Below, one piece after another: positions 54,012-62,140 of a stretch of DNA of 64,000 nucleotides; position 1 is the first letter of the stretch, and each line of letters opens with the position of its first letter. The notes under the pieces were generated by a model that made no database searches, was not told the DNA's origin, and saw nothing but the letters and a program-made list of their open reading frames with translations. Source of the stretch: Vicinamibacterales bacterium. GTDB taxonomy: Bacteria > Acidobacteriota > Vicinamibacteria > Vicinamibacterales > UBA2999. The position numbers were made by a program, and so were the translations under genes. The stretch is from assembly GCA_035495795.1 (NCBI GenBank), contig DATJFF010000080.1, forward strand, positions 875 to 64,874. The letters are read 5' to 3'.

Positions 54012-56489
54012 ATGCGTATCACCCGACACCTCTTGTCCGCGATGGTGATCGCGATCCTGATGACCGTCACCTCGCGCGCGGTCACGAAGCTGCCATCGGC
54101 TGACGGCCAGTTCTGGGACATCCAGGACACCTCGCCGTGGGCCCAGGACAGTGGCGGAATCGCGACCGGCGGACGGGCGAACCCGTTCAACGGGTTCGGC
54201 TACCTGAAGCTGCAAGTGGAGCGTCCAGGCGGGACGCCCCCAGTGCGGAACCTGTACCTGCGCGGTTTCGGTCTCGCCCACGACGGCGGGGAGCGCTTCG
54301 ACAGCATCACCCCCGTCCTGAACGATGGCATCGTCGTCTCGCGCGCCATCTACGCGCCGAAGGAAGCCGACTACCTGCGCTACTTCGACACCTTCTTCAA
54401 CAGCACCAGCGAGCCGCGAACGATACGCGTAGCCTGGGGCGGCGCGGCGGGTGCGTTCGAGGACGGCGGACGGGTGGCGGTCGCGACAACCTCGAGCGGC
54501 GATCGACGCATCGATCCGGCCGACCAGTTCGTGACCGTGATGCAGAACGCTCGAAGCGTTGCCGATCCAATGCAGGGGCCCTCAGGCCACGGGCCCTCCG
54601 CGCACGTGCTCGGCACCGCGCGCAGCGTGCTCACTTCAACGGGCGACATGTACGCCGACCCGTTTACGGATGCCTATCCCGGCTACGATCCCGCGCACAT
54701 CGGCTACGTGTTCACCTTGCGCCTCGAGCCGGGGCAAACCTCGGCGCTGATGACGTTTGCCGTGAAGGGGCTGAGCGAGGTGTACGACCCGCGCGGCGGA
54801 TACCCGATCGCCAGGCGTGATGCCCTGCTCTCCTCGTGGTCCGAGGCGCCCTATAGTGGCGCCGACCGCAAGGTGCCAACGGCCGGCAGCGAGATCGCGC
54901 GTGTGACCGCGATCGCCAAGCGCCTCGTCGCCGAGCCGGACGTGCGCGGGCTCACCCCCCGCCAGCGGGCCCAGCTCGCCAACTGGAACCTGCCGACACA
55001 GGCGCCGCCGGCGCCATTTACCGTGTTCGAGAAAACGGTCACGGATCTGCAGGACGCGATGACGCGCGGCGGCGTGACCAGCGAGGACATCGTCCGCGAC
55101 TACCTCACGCGCTTGACGCTCTACGATCGCAACGGTCCAACCTTCCGCGCGGTGCTGGCCCTGAACCCGCACGCCATCGCCGACGCTCGTGCCCGCGATG
55201 CGGAGCGCGCGGCGGGACGCGTCCGCAGCCCGTATCACGGCGTGCCGATCGTGCTGAAGGACAACATCGACGCGACCGAGCTCCCCACTACGGGTGGCGC
55301 GAAGGCACTCATCGATCATCGCCCGCGGCTCGATTCCCGGGTCGCCGCCGGGATGAAGGCCGGCGGCGCGATCATCCTCGGCAAGGCGAATCTCGACGAG
55401 TTCCCGTTCGGCGACTTCGGCATCAGCACCGTCGGCGGCACCGTCGGCAACGCCTACGACCCGTCGCTCAGCACCGCCGGCTCGAGCGGCGGAAGCGCGA
55501 CCTCGGTCGCCGCCAGCCTCGCTGCACTGGGTTTCGGCACCGACACCTGCAACTCGCTCTCGAACCCGAGCGGGTTTGCGTCGCTGGCAACGATTCGCAC
55601 CACTCGCGGGCTGACCAGCCGGGCCGGCGTGATGCCGCTGAGAACCTACAACGACGCGGTCGGTCCGATGGGCAAGACCGTACGCGACATCGCACTCGCC
55701 CTGGACCTCGTGACCGGCAGCGACCCGGAGGATCCGGACACGGCGGACGCCAACGCCCACAAGGCCGAGTCGTTCGCGGCGAGCTTCACCACGGCGACGC
55801 TCAAGGGCAAAAGGATTGGCGTGTTCCGCCAGCGCAGCATCGGCATCACCGGCGAGCGCGAGGCGGCGGAGATTCTCGACCGTGTCGTGAGGGAGCTGCA
55901 GACGGCCGGCGCCACCGTTGTCGACGTCGCGATCCCGGATTACGACGCGAAGTACGCGGCGGCGCTTCGCTCCGCACCGGGATCGTTGAAGGCGGGCTGG
56001 ACCGCATACCTGTCGCGCGGCGTAAAGCCGGGAGAGAAGGTGATCACGGTCGAAGAGCTTATCGCGTCCGGCGAGATGGCGCCGGCGGGTCGGCGGGTGC
56101 TCGAAGGTGCGCTCGCTCCCACAGCGGCGGGCGCCGAACTGGAAGCGGCGACGAAGCGCTTCTACGCCAGCCGCGAGACATTCCGTCAGTTGTTCGTCGA
56201 CTTGATGGACCGAGAGCAGCTCGACGCGATGCTCTATCCTGCCAACCAGGCGCGGCCTCACACGCACGAAGGCGGCGCGGAGCGGTACGGCAGCGAGCCC
56301 GGCACGTGCCAGGAGAGTGCGGTTACGGGATTGCCCCAGGTCACGGTTCCGGCTGGCTACATGGGCGGGCGATACCCGGCGGGGATCTCGTTCCTGGGCC
56401 GGATGTGGGACGACCGGAAACTGCTCGACATCGCCTACGCCTACGAGCAGGCCACGAAGCACCGCCGGCCGCCGACGACGGTGAAGTAG
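54012..56489 (+). CDS. exported amidase-signature enzyme with about 330-aa unrecognised N-terminal domain
   Basis: Start trimmed to MRITRHLLSAMVIAILMTVTSRA; C-terminal half has KDNIDATELPTTGG and the amidase signature AGSSGGSATSVAASLAALGFGTDTCNS. Confidence 0.85.
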   Translation: MRITRHLLSAMVIAILMTVTSRAVTKLPSADGQFWDIQDTSPWAQDSGGIATGGRANPFNGFGYLKLQVERPGGTPPVRNLYLRGFGLAHDGGERFDSITPVLNDGIVVSRAIYAPKEADYLRYFDTFFNSTSEPRTIRVAWGGAAGAFEDGGRVAVATTSSGDRRIDPADQFVTVMQNARSVADPMQGPSGHGPSAHVLGTARSVLTSTGDMYADPFTDAYPGYDPAHIGYVFTLRLEPGQTSALMTFAVKGLSEVYDPRGGYPIARRDALLSSWSEAPYSGADRKVPTAGSEIARVTAIAKRLVAEPDVRGLTPRQRAQLANWNLPTQAPPAPFTVFEKTVTDLQDAMTRGGVTSEDIVRDYLTRLTLYDRNGPTFRAVLALNPHAIADARARDAERAAGRVRSPYHGVPIVLKDNIDATELPTTGGAKALIDHRPRLDSRVAAGMKAGGAIILGKANLDEFPFGDFGISTVGGTVGNAYDPSLSTAGSSGGSATSVAASLAALGFGTDTCNSLSNPSGFASLATIRTTRGLTSRAGVMPLRTYNDAVGPMGKTVRDIALALDLVTGSDPEDPDTADANAHKAESFAASFTTATLKGKRIGVFRQRSIGITGEREAAEILDRVVRELQTAGATVVDVAIPDYDAKYAAALRSAPGSLKAGWTAYLSRGVKPGEKVITVEELIASGEMAPAGRRVLEGALAPTAAGAELEAATKRFYASRETFRQLFVDLMDREQLDAMLYPANQARPHTHEGGAERYGSEPGTCQESAVTGLPQVTVPAGYMGGRYPAGISFLGRMWDDRKLLDIAYAYEQATKHRRPPTTVK

Positions 56490-56490
56490 C

Positions 56491-56528
56491 GGGGCTTGGG
56501 GCTTGGGGCTTGGGGCTTGGGGCTTGGG
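56491..56528 (+). repeat. GGGGCTT heptamer x5
   Basis: ggggcttggggcttggggcttggggcttggggcttggg, starting 2 nt after the amidase stop. Confidence 0.95.
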
Positions 56529-56550
56529 ATTGCAGCGTGACACGAGCCTT

Positions 56551-56587
56551 TGGGGTCTGAAGCCTGGAGCCTGAAGTCTGGAGCCTG
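56551..56587 (+). repeat. short octamer array GAAGYCTG/GAGCCTGA
   Basis: ggggtctgaagcctggagcctgaagtctggagcctg. Confidence 0.8.
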
Positions 56588-56653
56588 CCCGCGGCGCCCT
56601 AAGGTCGCCCGCGGCAGCGGTCGATACAGGGAAGAGCCCCTGGAGCCGCACTG

Positions 56654-57757
56654 ATGAAGTTCCGCCCCTACCTGATTGCGTTCTCGGTCGTCTTCGGCGC
56701 ATGGGCGGCGGTGCCCTTGATCGCGGCACAGGGCGACCAGGCCCGGCTCACCGGCCGTGTCACCGACGAATCCGGCGCTGCGCTCCCGGGCGCCACCGTG
56801 ATGGTGACGCCCGAAAAATCGTCGAAGCCGATTGTCGTGGTGACCGACAACGTCGGCCAGTACAAGACGCCACCCCTCGCGCCGGGCACCTACGCAGTGA
56901 CGTTCGAGATGCCTGGGTTCGAGAGCCGGACGAATCCGTCGGTGGTGCTCGGCCCGGGCGAGGTCTTCGTGCTCGACCGGCAGCTCGGACTGGCGCAGCT
57001 CACCGAGACGGTCACCGTCACCGGCGAGGTGCCCAAGCCGCCGCCGGTTGCGCCGCTGCCGCCGCTCCGCAAGCAGCCGAAGACCGTGCCGGTGCCCAAG
57101 CCGCTGCTCGCCTCGGTGTGCGGACCGGACAAGCCTGGAGTCGAGGACGTCACCGTCGGCCACATCGTCGGGCATCGCGACGAGGCGCGCCGTGAGCTGT
57201 TCGGACCCGGCGACGTGCTGGTGCTCGACGTCGGCGCCGACATGGGCATGCGGCAGGGGGACAACTACGTCGTTCGCCACCGGTTCAAGTACGGCGACAA
57301 GTCGCTGTCGCTGAAGCAGGCGACTTTCGGCGGCCAGAACGCGGGCCTGGTGCAGGTGGTGGAAACGACCTCTGAATCGGCTGTGGTCGTGGTCGTCTAC
57401 GCGTGCGGCGAGTTCATGGCCGGCGACGCGCTGGCCCCGTTCGAACCGCTACCCTTGGTCATGGCGGATGTGGCTGGCGAACCGCAGTACGAGGATCCCG
57501 CTCAGGTGGTGTTCGGCGAGCTCGGGCGCGTCACCGGTACGGCCAACCAGCTGATGGTGATCGATCGCGGCTACAGCCAGGGCGTGGTCCGCGGCCAGCA
57601 CATCACGCTGTTCCGGCGCTCGCTGCCCGATCGCGGCCCGGTGGTCCGCATCGGAGACGGCATCATCATCGCCGTCCGCCCGCAGTCGGCCACGATCCGG
57701 ATCGAGCGGTCGAACGACGTCGTCGAGGTCGGCACGCTGGTCGCGCTGCACCGCTGA
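56654..57757 (+). CDS. exported CarboxypepD_reg-domain protein with Pro-rich linker and unassigned C-terminal beta domains
   Basis: Signal peptide; RLTGRVTDESGAALPGATVMVTPEKSS...GQYKTPPLAPGTYAVTFEMPGFES; linker PKPPPVAPLPPLRKQPKTVPVPKP. Confidence 0.65.
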   Translation: MKFRPYLIAFSVVFGAWAAVPLIAAQGDQARLTGRVTDESGAALPGATVMVTPEKSSKPIVVVTDNVGQYKTPPLAPGTYAVTFEMPGFESRTNPSVVLGPGEVFVLDRQLGLAQLTETVTVTGEVPKPPPVAPLPPLRKQPKTVPVPKPLLASVCGPDKPGVEDVTVGHIVGHRDEARRELFGPGDVLVLDVGADMGMRQGDNYVVRHRFKYGDKSLSLKQATFGGQNAGLVQVVETTSESAVVVVVYACGEFMAGDALAPFEPLPLVMADVAGEPQYEDPAQVVFGELGRVTGTANQLMVIDRGYSQGVVRGQHITLFRRSLPDRGPVVRIGDGIIIAVRPQSATIRIERSNDVVEVGTLVALHR

Positions 57758-57761
57758 GGGC

Positions 57762-57837
57762 GGGGTCTCGAGGTCTTGAGGTCTTGAGGTCTTGAGGTCT
57801 TGAGGTCTTGAGGTCTTGAGGTCTTGAGGTCTTGGGG
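57762..57837 (+). repeat. tandem octamer array GGTCTTGA, about 9 units
   Basis: ggggtctcgaggtcttgaggtcttgaggtcttgaggtcttgaggtcttgaggtcttgaggtcttgaggtcttgggg. Confidence 0.95.
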
Positions 57838-57847
57838 CGAGCAAATC

Positions 57848-57967
57848 GCAGATCACAGATAGATCACTAGATCAATCGATAGATCACCAGATCGCGAGAT
57901 AGATCTCCAGATCTCGAGATCGCCAGGTTGATCACGAGATCACCAGCTCTCCAGATCATCAGATTCG
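57848..57967 (+). repeat. GATC-dense 8-bp periodic array (AGATCNNN)
   Basis: 11 GATC tetramers counted by hand in 120 nt, mostly spaced 8 or 16 nt apart. Confidence 0.9.
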
Positions 57968-58016
57968 CCGGCGCCGGAGCGGAACAACCCCGCCCACCTC
58001 AGCGTCTAGGGACGCT

Positions 58017-60530
58017 ATGGGCGATCTGAAGGTCTCGATCCGGCGCCTCTCCAAGACTCCCGGATTCAGCGCCGCCGCCATCGTTGTCCTGGCGCTGGGC
58101 ATCGGACTGAACGCGGCGATGTTCAGCATCGTGTATGCGATGACTCTTGCCGGGCGCGGCTTTCCGGATCCAGACCGCCTCGTCCAGCTCTACGCGCGAG
58201 ACGCGCGCACCGGCGATTACCGGGCGTTCTCCTACCCGGTCTACCAGGAGGTTGCCTCCGGCGCGGAGATGTTCAGCGGCGTTCTCGCGCACGCTCCCAC
58301 TCTCGTTGGAATCGGGACGGGAACGGAGTCCAGGCGCGCGCTCGCGGCCATCGTCAGCGCCAACTACTTCACCGTCCTCGGCGTGCCGCTATTGAAGGGA
58401 CGGACCTTCACCGAGCAGGAAGATCACCCGGGGCAGGATCTGCCGGTCGTCGTCGCGAGCTACGCGTACTGGCAGCGGACCGGCTTCGATCCGGAGCTGG
58501 TTGGCGGCCAGATCCGCGTCAACGAGCGCGCCTTCACGATCATCGGGATCACGCCTCGAGGTTTCAGCGGGACGATGAGCGTGGTCGGGCCGGAGCTGTT
58601 CTTGCCACTGGGCGTCTTCCATTCGCTGGCGACCGAGTTCATGGAAGGTGCCGACCGTTCGCTGCTGCGTGCGAATGCGTACAACCTGTTTCTGGTCGGC
58701 CGCTTGAAGGACGGCATCAGCGAAGCGGCCGCCGGCAAAGGCGTCGAGCTGTTCGGCCAAAGCCTGGCGCGGAGCTTCCCCGCGGAGCACGAGCATCACA
58801 CGCTGTCGCTGACGGCGCTGCCGAAGTTCGGCACCAGCACGTCGCCCTCCGACGAGAGCGTGATCAAGATGCTCGGCGTCGTGATGATGGGGATGACGAC
58901 CGCGGTCCTGCTCACCGTGTGCCTCAATCTGGCGTCGATGCTGCTGGCGCGCGGCCGCGCCCGCCGCAAGGAGTTCGCCGTGCGGCTGGCGATCGGCAGC
59001 AGCCGGGCCCGCATCGTCCGGCAGTTGCTGGTGGAAGGACTGCTGCTCTCGACAGTCGGCGGCGTCTTTGGCATGGGTCTGGGCCTTTACGCCGTGGACG
59101 CACTCGTGGCGTCGCTGTCGGCCATCCTGCCGATCACGATCGTGCTGCAGGGCCTGACCACGCCGGTTCTTGTCGCCGGCGCCGCCGGCTTCTGCCTGCT
59201 CGCCACCCTCGGGTTCGCGCTCGGACCAGCGATGAAGCACTCCGGCGCGGACATCCTGTCGGACCTCAAGGTCCAGGCCGGCGACGATCCCGCGCCCCGC
59301 AAATGGCGGCTGGTGCCACGAAATCCACTCGTCGCGGCGCAGGTGGCCCTTTCGATGTGCCTGCTGATCGCTGCCGGTCTCTTCTTCCGCATGGCGCTCG
59401 GGTCGGCCAGCACGGAGCTCGGGTTCAACGCCAACGACACGGTGCTCGCGGAGGTGGACGCGCAGCTGGGTGGCCTCAGCGAGGCCCAGGCGCTCGCGAT
59501 CTACGAGCGGCTCGAACAACGGCTGGCGAAGCTGCCCGGCGTCGCATCGGCCAGCGTCGGCGCGCTCGTTCCGCTCGGCATGATCAACTTGAGCAAGGAC
59601 GTCCAACGGGCCGGCCTGAACCCTCTGCCCGGTGCGAAGCCGCCGACACCGGAGGAGGGACAGGCGTTCGACGCCCGGACCAATGCGATTGGCCCGGGCT
59701 ATTTCGATGCGATGGGCGTTCCTGTCCTGCGCGGACGCGCATTCACCGCTGGCGAGGCGTTCGGCGGCGGCCCATCGCGAGTCGCCATTCTCGACGAGGC
59801 GCTGGCGCGCAAACTCTGGCCAGACGGGTCGGCGCTGGGGCAGCAGATCCAGTGGGCGGCGCGGAGCGGGCGCGGGCCCAGCCAGCCGATGGAAGTGATC
59901 GGGATCGTCGCCGCGACGCGATCCGGTCTGTTCGAACGCGAGCCCGGAGGCGCGGTGTACTTGCCAATCGGCCAGGAATTCGTGAGCGACGTGCACCTGC
60001 ACGTTCGTCCGCTCCGATCAGACCCGGCGCTGGTCGACCTGGTGCGGCGAGAAGTCCGAGCCGAGGCGCCAGGAGTGCCGCTTTTCGGCGTCCGCACCTT
60101 TGCGACGCACCTCGAAACCGCAGCGGAGTACTGGCTGCTGCGGCTGTCCACGCTGATGTTTGCGTTCTTCGGCGCGATGGCGATGATCGTGGCGCTGGTT
60201 GGCATCTACGGTGTCACGGCCTACGCCGTGGTCCGCCGCACTCGCGAGATCGGCGTGCGGATTGCGGTCGGCGCCCGGCCTGCGGCAGTCCTGCGGCTCA
60301 TCCTCGTGGAGAATCTCGCGACGGCAGTCGCGGGCATCGCGGCGGGATGGCTGCTTGGGATCGGCGTGGGACGTGTCATGGCCAGCGTCTTCGTCGACGT
60401 CCCGGCTTTCGATCCCTGGATCTTCAGCCTCGTTCCCACGTGCTTCGTCCTTGCCGCCCTAGGCGCCACATGGACGCCGGCCCGGCGCGCCAGCGCCGTC
60501 AACCCCATCAGCGCGCTCCGCGCCGAGTAG
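58017..60530 (+). CDS. ADOP-family duplicated FtsX/MacB-like permease
   Basis: 837 aa; MGDLKVSIRRLSKTPGFSAAAIVVLALGIGLNAAMFSIV; two FtsX modules; no adjacent PadR or ATPase. Confidence 0.9.
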   Translation: MGDLKVSIRRLSKTPGFSAAAIVVLALGIGLNAAMFSIVYAMTLAGRGFPDPDRLVQLYARDARTGDYRAFSYPVYQEVASGAEMFSGVLAHAPTLVGIGTGTESRRALAAIVSANYFTVLGVPLLKGRTFTEQEDHPGQDLPVVVASYAYWQRTGFDPELVGGQIRVNERAFTIIGITPRGFSGTMSVVGPELFLPLGVFHSLATEFMEGADRSLLRANAYNLFLVGRLKDGISEAAAGKGVELFGQSLARSFPAEHEHHTLSLTALPKFGTSTSPSDESVIKMLGVVMMGMTTAVLLTVCLNLASMLLARGRARRKEFAVRLAIGSSRARIVRQLLVEGLLLSTVGGVFGMGLGLYAVDALVASLSAILPITIVLQGLTTPVLVAGAAGFCLLATLGFALGPAMKHSGADILSDLKVQAGDDPAPRKWRLVPRNPLVAAQVALSMCLLIAAGLFFRMALGSASTELGFNANDTVLAEVDAQLGGLSEAQALAIYERLEQRLAKLPGVASASVGALVPLGMINLSKDVQRAGLNPLPGAKPPTPEEGQAFDARTNAIGPGYFDAMGVPVLRGRAFTAGEAFGGGPSRVAILDEALARKLWPDGSALGQQIQWAARSGRGPSQPMEVIGIVAATRSGLFEREPGGAVYLPIGQEFVSDVHLHVRPLRSDPALVDLVRREVRAEAPGVPLFGVRTFATHLETAAEYWLLRLSTLMFAFFGAMAMIVALVGIYGVTAYAVVRRTREIGVRIAVGARPAAVLRLILVENLATAVAGIAAGWLLGIGVGRVMASVFVDVPAFDPWIFSLVPTCFVLAALGATWTPARRASAVNPISALRAE

Positions 60531-60580
60531 GAGCCAGGAGACAGGCAGGAGGCAGGAGGCAGGAGGCAGGAACTAGGAAG
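60531..60580 (+). repeat. tandem AGGAGRC array (Shine-Dalgarno-like units)
   Basis: gagccaggagacaggcaggaggcaggaggcaggaggcaggaactaggaag. Confidence 0.9.
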
Positions 60581-60680
60581 CAGATCAGAAGATAGATCGC
60601 CAGATCAAAAGATCGATCACCAGATCACGAGATCCGTAAGATTGATCACCAGATCACGAGATCACGAGATCGCCAGATTC
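60581..60680 (+). repeat. GATC-dense 8-bp periodic array (AGATCNNN)
   Basis: 11 GATC tetramers counted by hand in 100 nt; same unit family and orientation as 57848-57967. Confidence 0.9.
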
Positions 60681-60683
60681 GCG

Positions 60684-62042
60684 TTACTTGATCAAGTACC
60701 AGTTTTCCTGCCGCGGACGGAAGAAGCGCCAACCGTCCTCGTCGAGCCAGGCGACGTCTTCCATCATCACGAAGACTTTCTGACCGTCCCATTCGGGGAC
60801 GGCAGTCGCGGTGTTCAGCTCGATTGAAATATAGGAGCCGCCGCGCAGCCGGCGGCGGGCCTGCTGCGCGATGTCCTGGCGCTGCGACGACCGGAAATCG
60901 ATCGACGCACCCAGCCCGTGACCCTGGGCGCCAACCGGGTGGGAATAGATCATCGCTTCGATTTTCCGTTCTCCCATTTCCGCCATCGTGTCGAGATACA
61001 CGTCGCCGGCGAGCTTTCCGGGCTTCGAGTGGCGCCGCATCACCGCGTCCTGCAGGGCGTTGGTGTTGGCCATCGCACGCTTCAGGCCTTCCGGAACGTC
61101 GGTCTCGCCCTCGCGAAGGACGTAGGCCATCTTCTGCCAATCGGTGTCGAGTCCCATGTAGGTGAGGCCGAAGTCCACGTGCACGACATCGCCGCGCTCG
61201 ATCACGAGGCGCTCGGGCGCGACCGCGAGAAATCCGCGCGAGGTGGAATTGGTCCCGCCGCGGCGCTGCACCCGGAGATCGGGCTGGAACCATGTCCTCA
61301 CACCATGGGCGCCGAGCGCATCGTAGAGCCAGTTGCGGACGTCACCGACCGTCGTTCTGCCGGGCGTGATGACTTCGCTCGATAGCGCGCGCCGCGTCAG
61401 GTACTCGGTCAGCGCCACGGCCGTGGTGTAGTGCTCTTTCTCCTCCGGAAGGCGAGTGTCGAGGTATTCCTCGATTAGATCCGCCGCGCTCGTGAACCGG
61501 GCCACGTACTTCGGGCCGACCGCCTTGCTGATGAACGCGTGGGTTTCGTAGGTGAGCGACCGCGTCACGCCGCGGGGCCCGCCGATGCCCAGCGCGATCG
61601 TTTTTGGATCGTACTGCTCGACCAGCTGCGCCAGGCGCTTGTCGGCCGGGACCGGCTCGTCGGGGGACTCGAAGAACCGTTTGAGGTTGTCCTCTGAGTA
61701 CCCGGTGATGGCAATGCGCTTCAGTCCGTCGGCGCCCGTATCGACGAACACGAAGAAATCGCGGTTCCCCGCGTAAGGGCGCGGCGGCGCCACGTAGGCG
61801 GTGAGCGGGTCGTCGTGAAACTCTTCGTTCACGACGATCCACATGCTCACGCCGTGCTTGCGCATCAGCGGAAGCAGCATCGCGTGGCGCTGCTCCAGCC
61901 AGTCCTCGCGAACCGCAATCTGCCGCGAGAGCGCCAGCAGCTCAGGCGCATCGGCGGTTGGCTTCTGGGTCGAGACCGGCACCGCCGTCAAAGCGGCCAG
62001 CGCCAGCGCCAGCGGCGCGACGGCGTGTCGAGTCAGAAGCAT
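60684..62042 (-). CDS. exported M24-family metallopeptidase (Xaa-Pro aminopeptidase-like)
   Basis: Start trimmed to [26 protein letters not shown]; pita-bread fold motifs [45 protein letters not shown]. Confidence 0.85.
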   Translation of the reverse strand: MLLTRHAVAPLALALAALTAVPVSTQKPTADAPELLALSRQIAVREDWLEQRHAMLLPLMRKHGVSMWIVVNEEFHDDPLTAYVAPPRPYAGNRDFFVFVDTGADGLKRIAITGYSEDNLKRFFESPDEPVPADKRLAQLVEQYDPKTIALGIGGPRGVTRSLTYETHAFISKAVGPKYVARFTSAADLIEEYLDTRLPEEKEHYTTAVALTEYLTRRALSSEVITPGRTTVGDVRNWLYDALGAHGVRTWFQPDLRVQRRGGTNSTSRGFLAVAPERLVIERGDVVHVDFGLTYMGLDTDWQKMAYVLREGETDVPEGLKRAMANTNALQDAVMRRHSKPGKLAGDVYLDTMAEMGERKIEAMIYSHPVGAQGHGLGASIDFRSSQRQDIAQQARRRLRGGSYISIELNTATAVPEWDGQKVFVMMEDVAWLDEDGWRFFRPRQENWYLIK

Positions 62043-62065
62043 GTTCGCATTGTAGAAGAGCCTTC

Positions 62066-62140
62066 CCAGTTCCTGATTCCTAGTTCCTGGGTTCCTGCTT
62101 TCCCCTGGCTCCTGCCTCCTATCTCCTGTCTCCTGCCTGC
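62066..62140 (-). repeat. tandem array of AGGARNN/AGGAGRC units (minus-strand reading) in the leader of the M24 peptidase gene
   Basis: Plus strand cagttcctgattcctagttcctgggttcctgctttcccctggctcctgcctcctatctcctgtctcctgcctgcc; overlaps the last 7 codons of the upstream gene. Confidence 0.9.

Noticed and set aside
53868-54281. N-terminal extensions of track ORFs that read through microsatellite arrays (52929..54281, 53925..56489, 60684..62396, 62119..63525)
   Set aside because: The extensions translate the tandem repeats (for example QDPKTPRPQDLETSRPEDLETSRP). Internal Met codons with RBS motifs and signal peptides give far better starts.
57762-57967. CRISPR array interpretation of the tandem repeats (also 51176, 53879, 60531)
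   Set aside because: The units are 7-9 bp and directly abutting, with no spacers of 25-40 bp and no cas genes in the window.
57848-60680. Replication origin (oriC) suggested by GATC clustering
   Set aside because: No DnaA-box-like 9-mers (TTATCCACA/TTGTCCACA types) were seen, there is no AT-rich unwinding element, no dnaA/dnaN nearby, and the arrays are strictly 8-bp periodic microsatellites.
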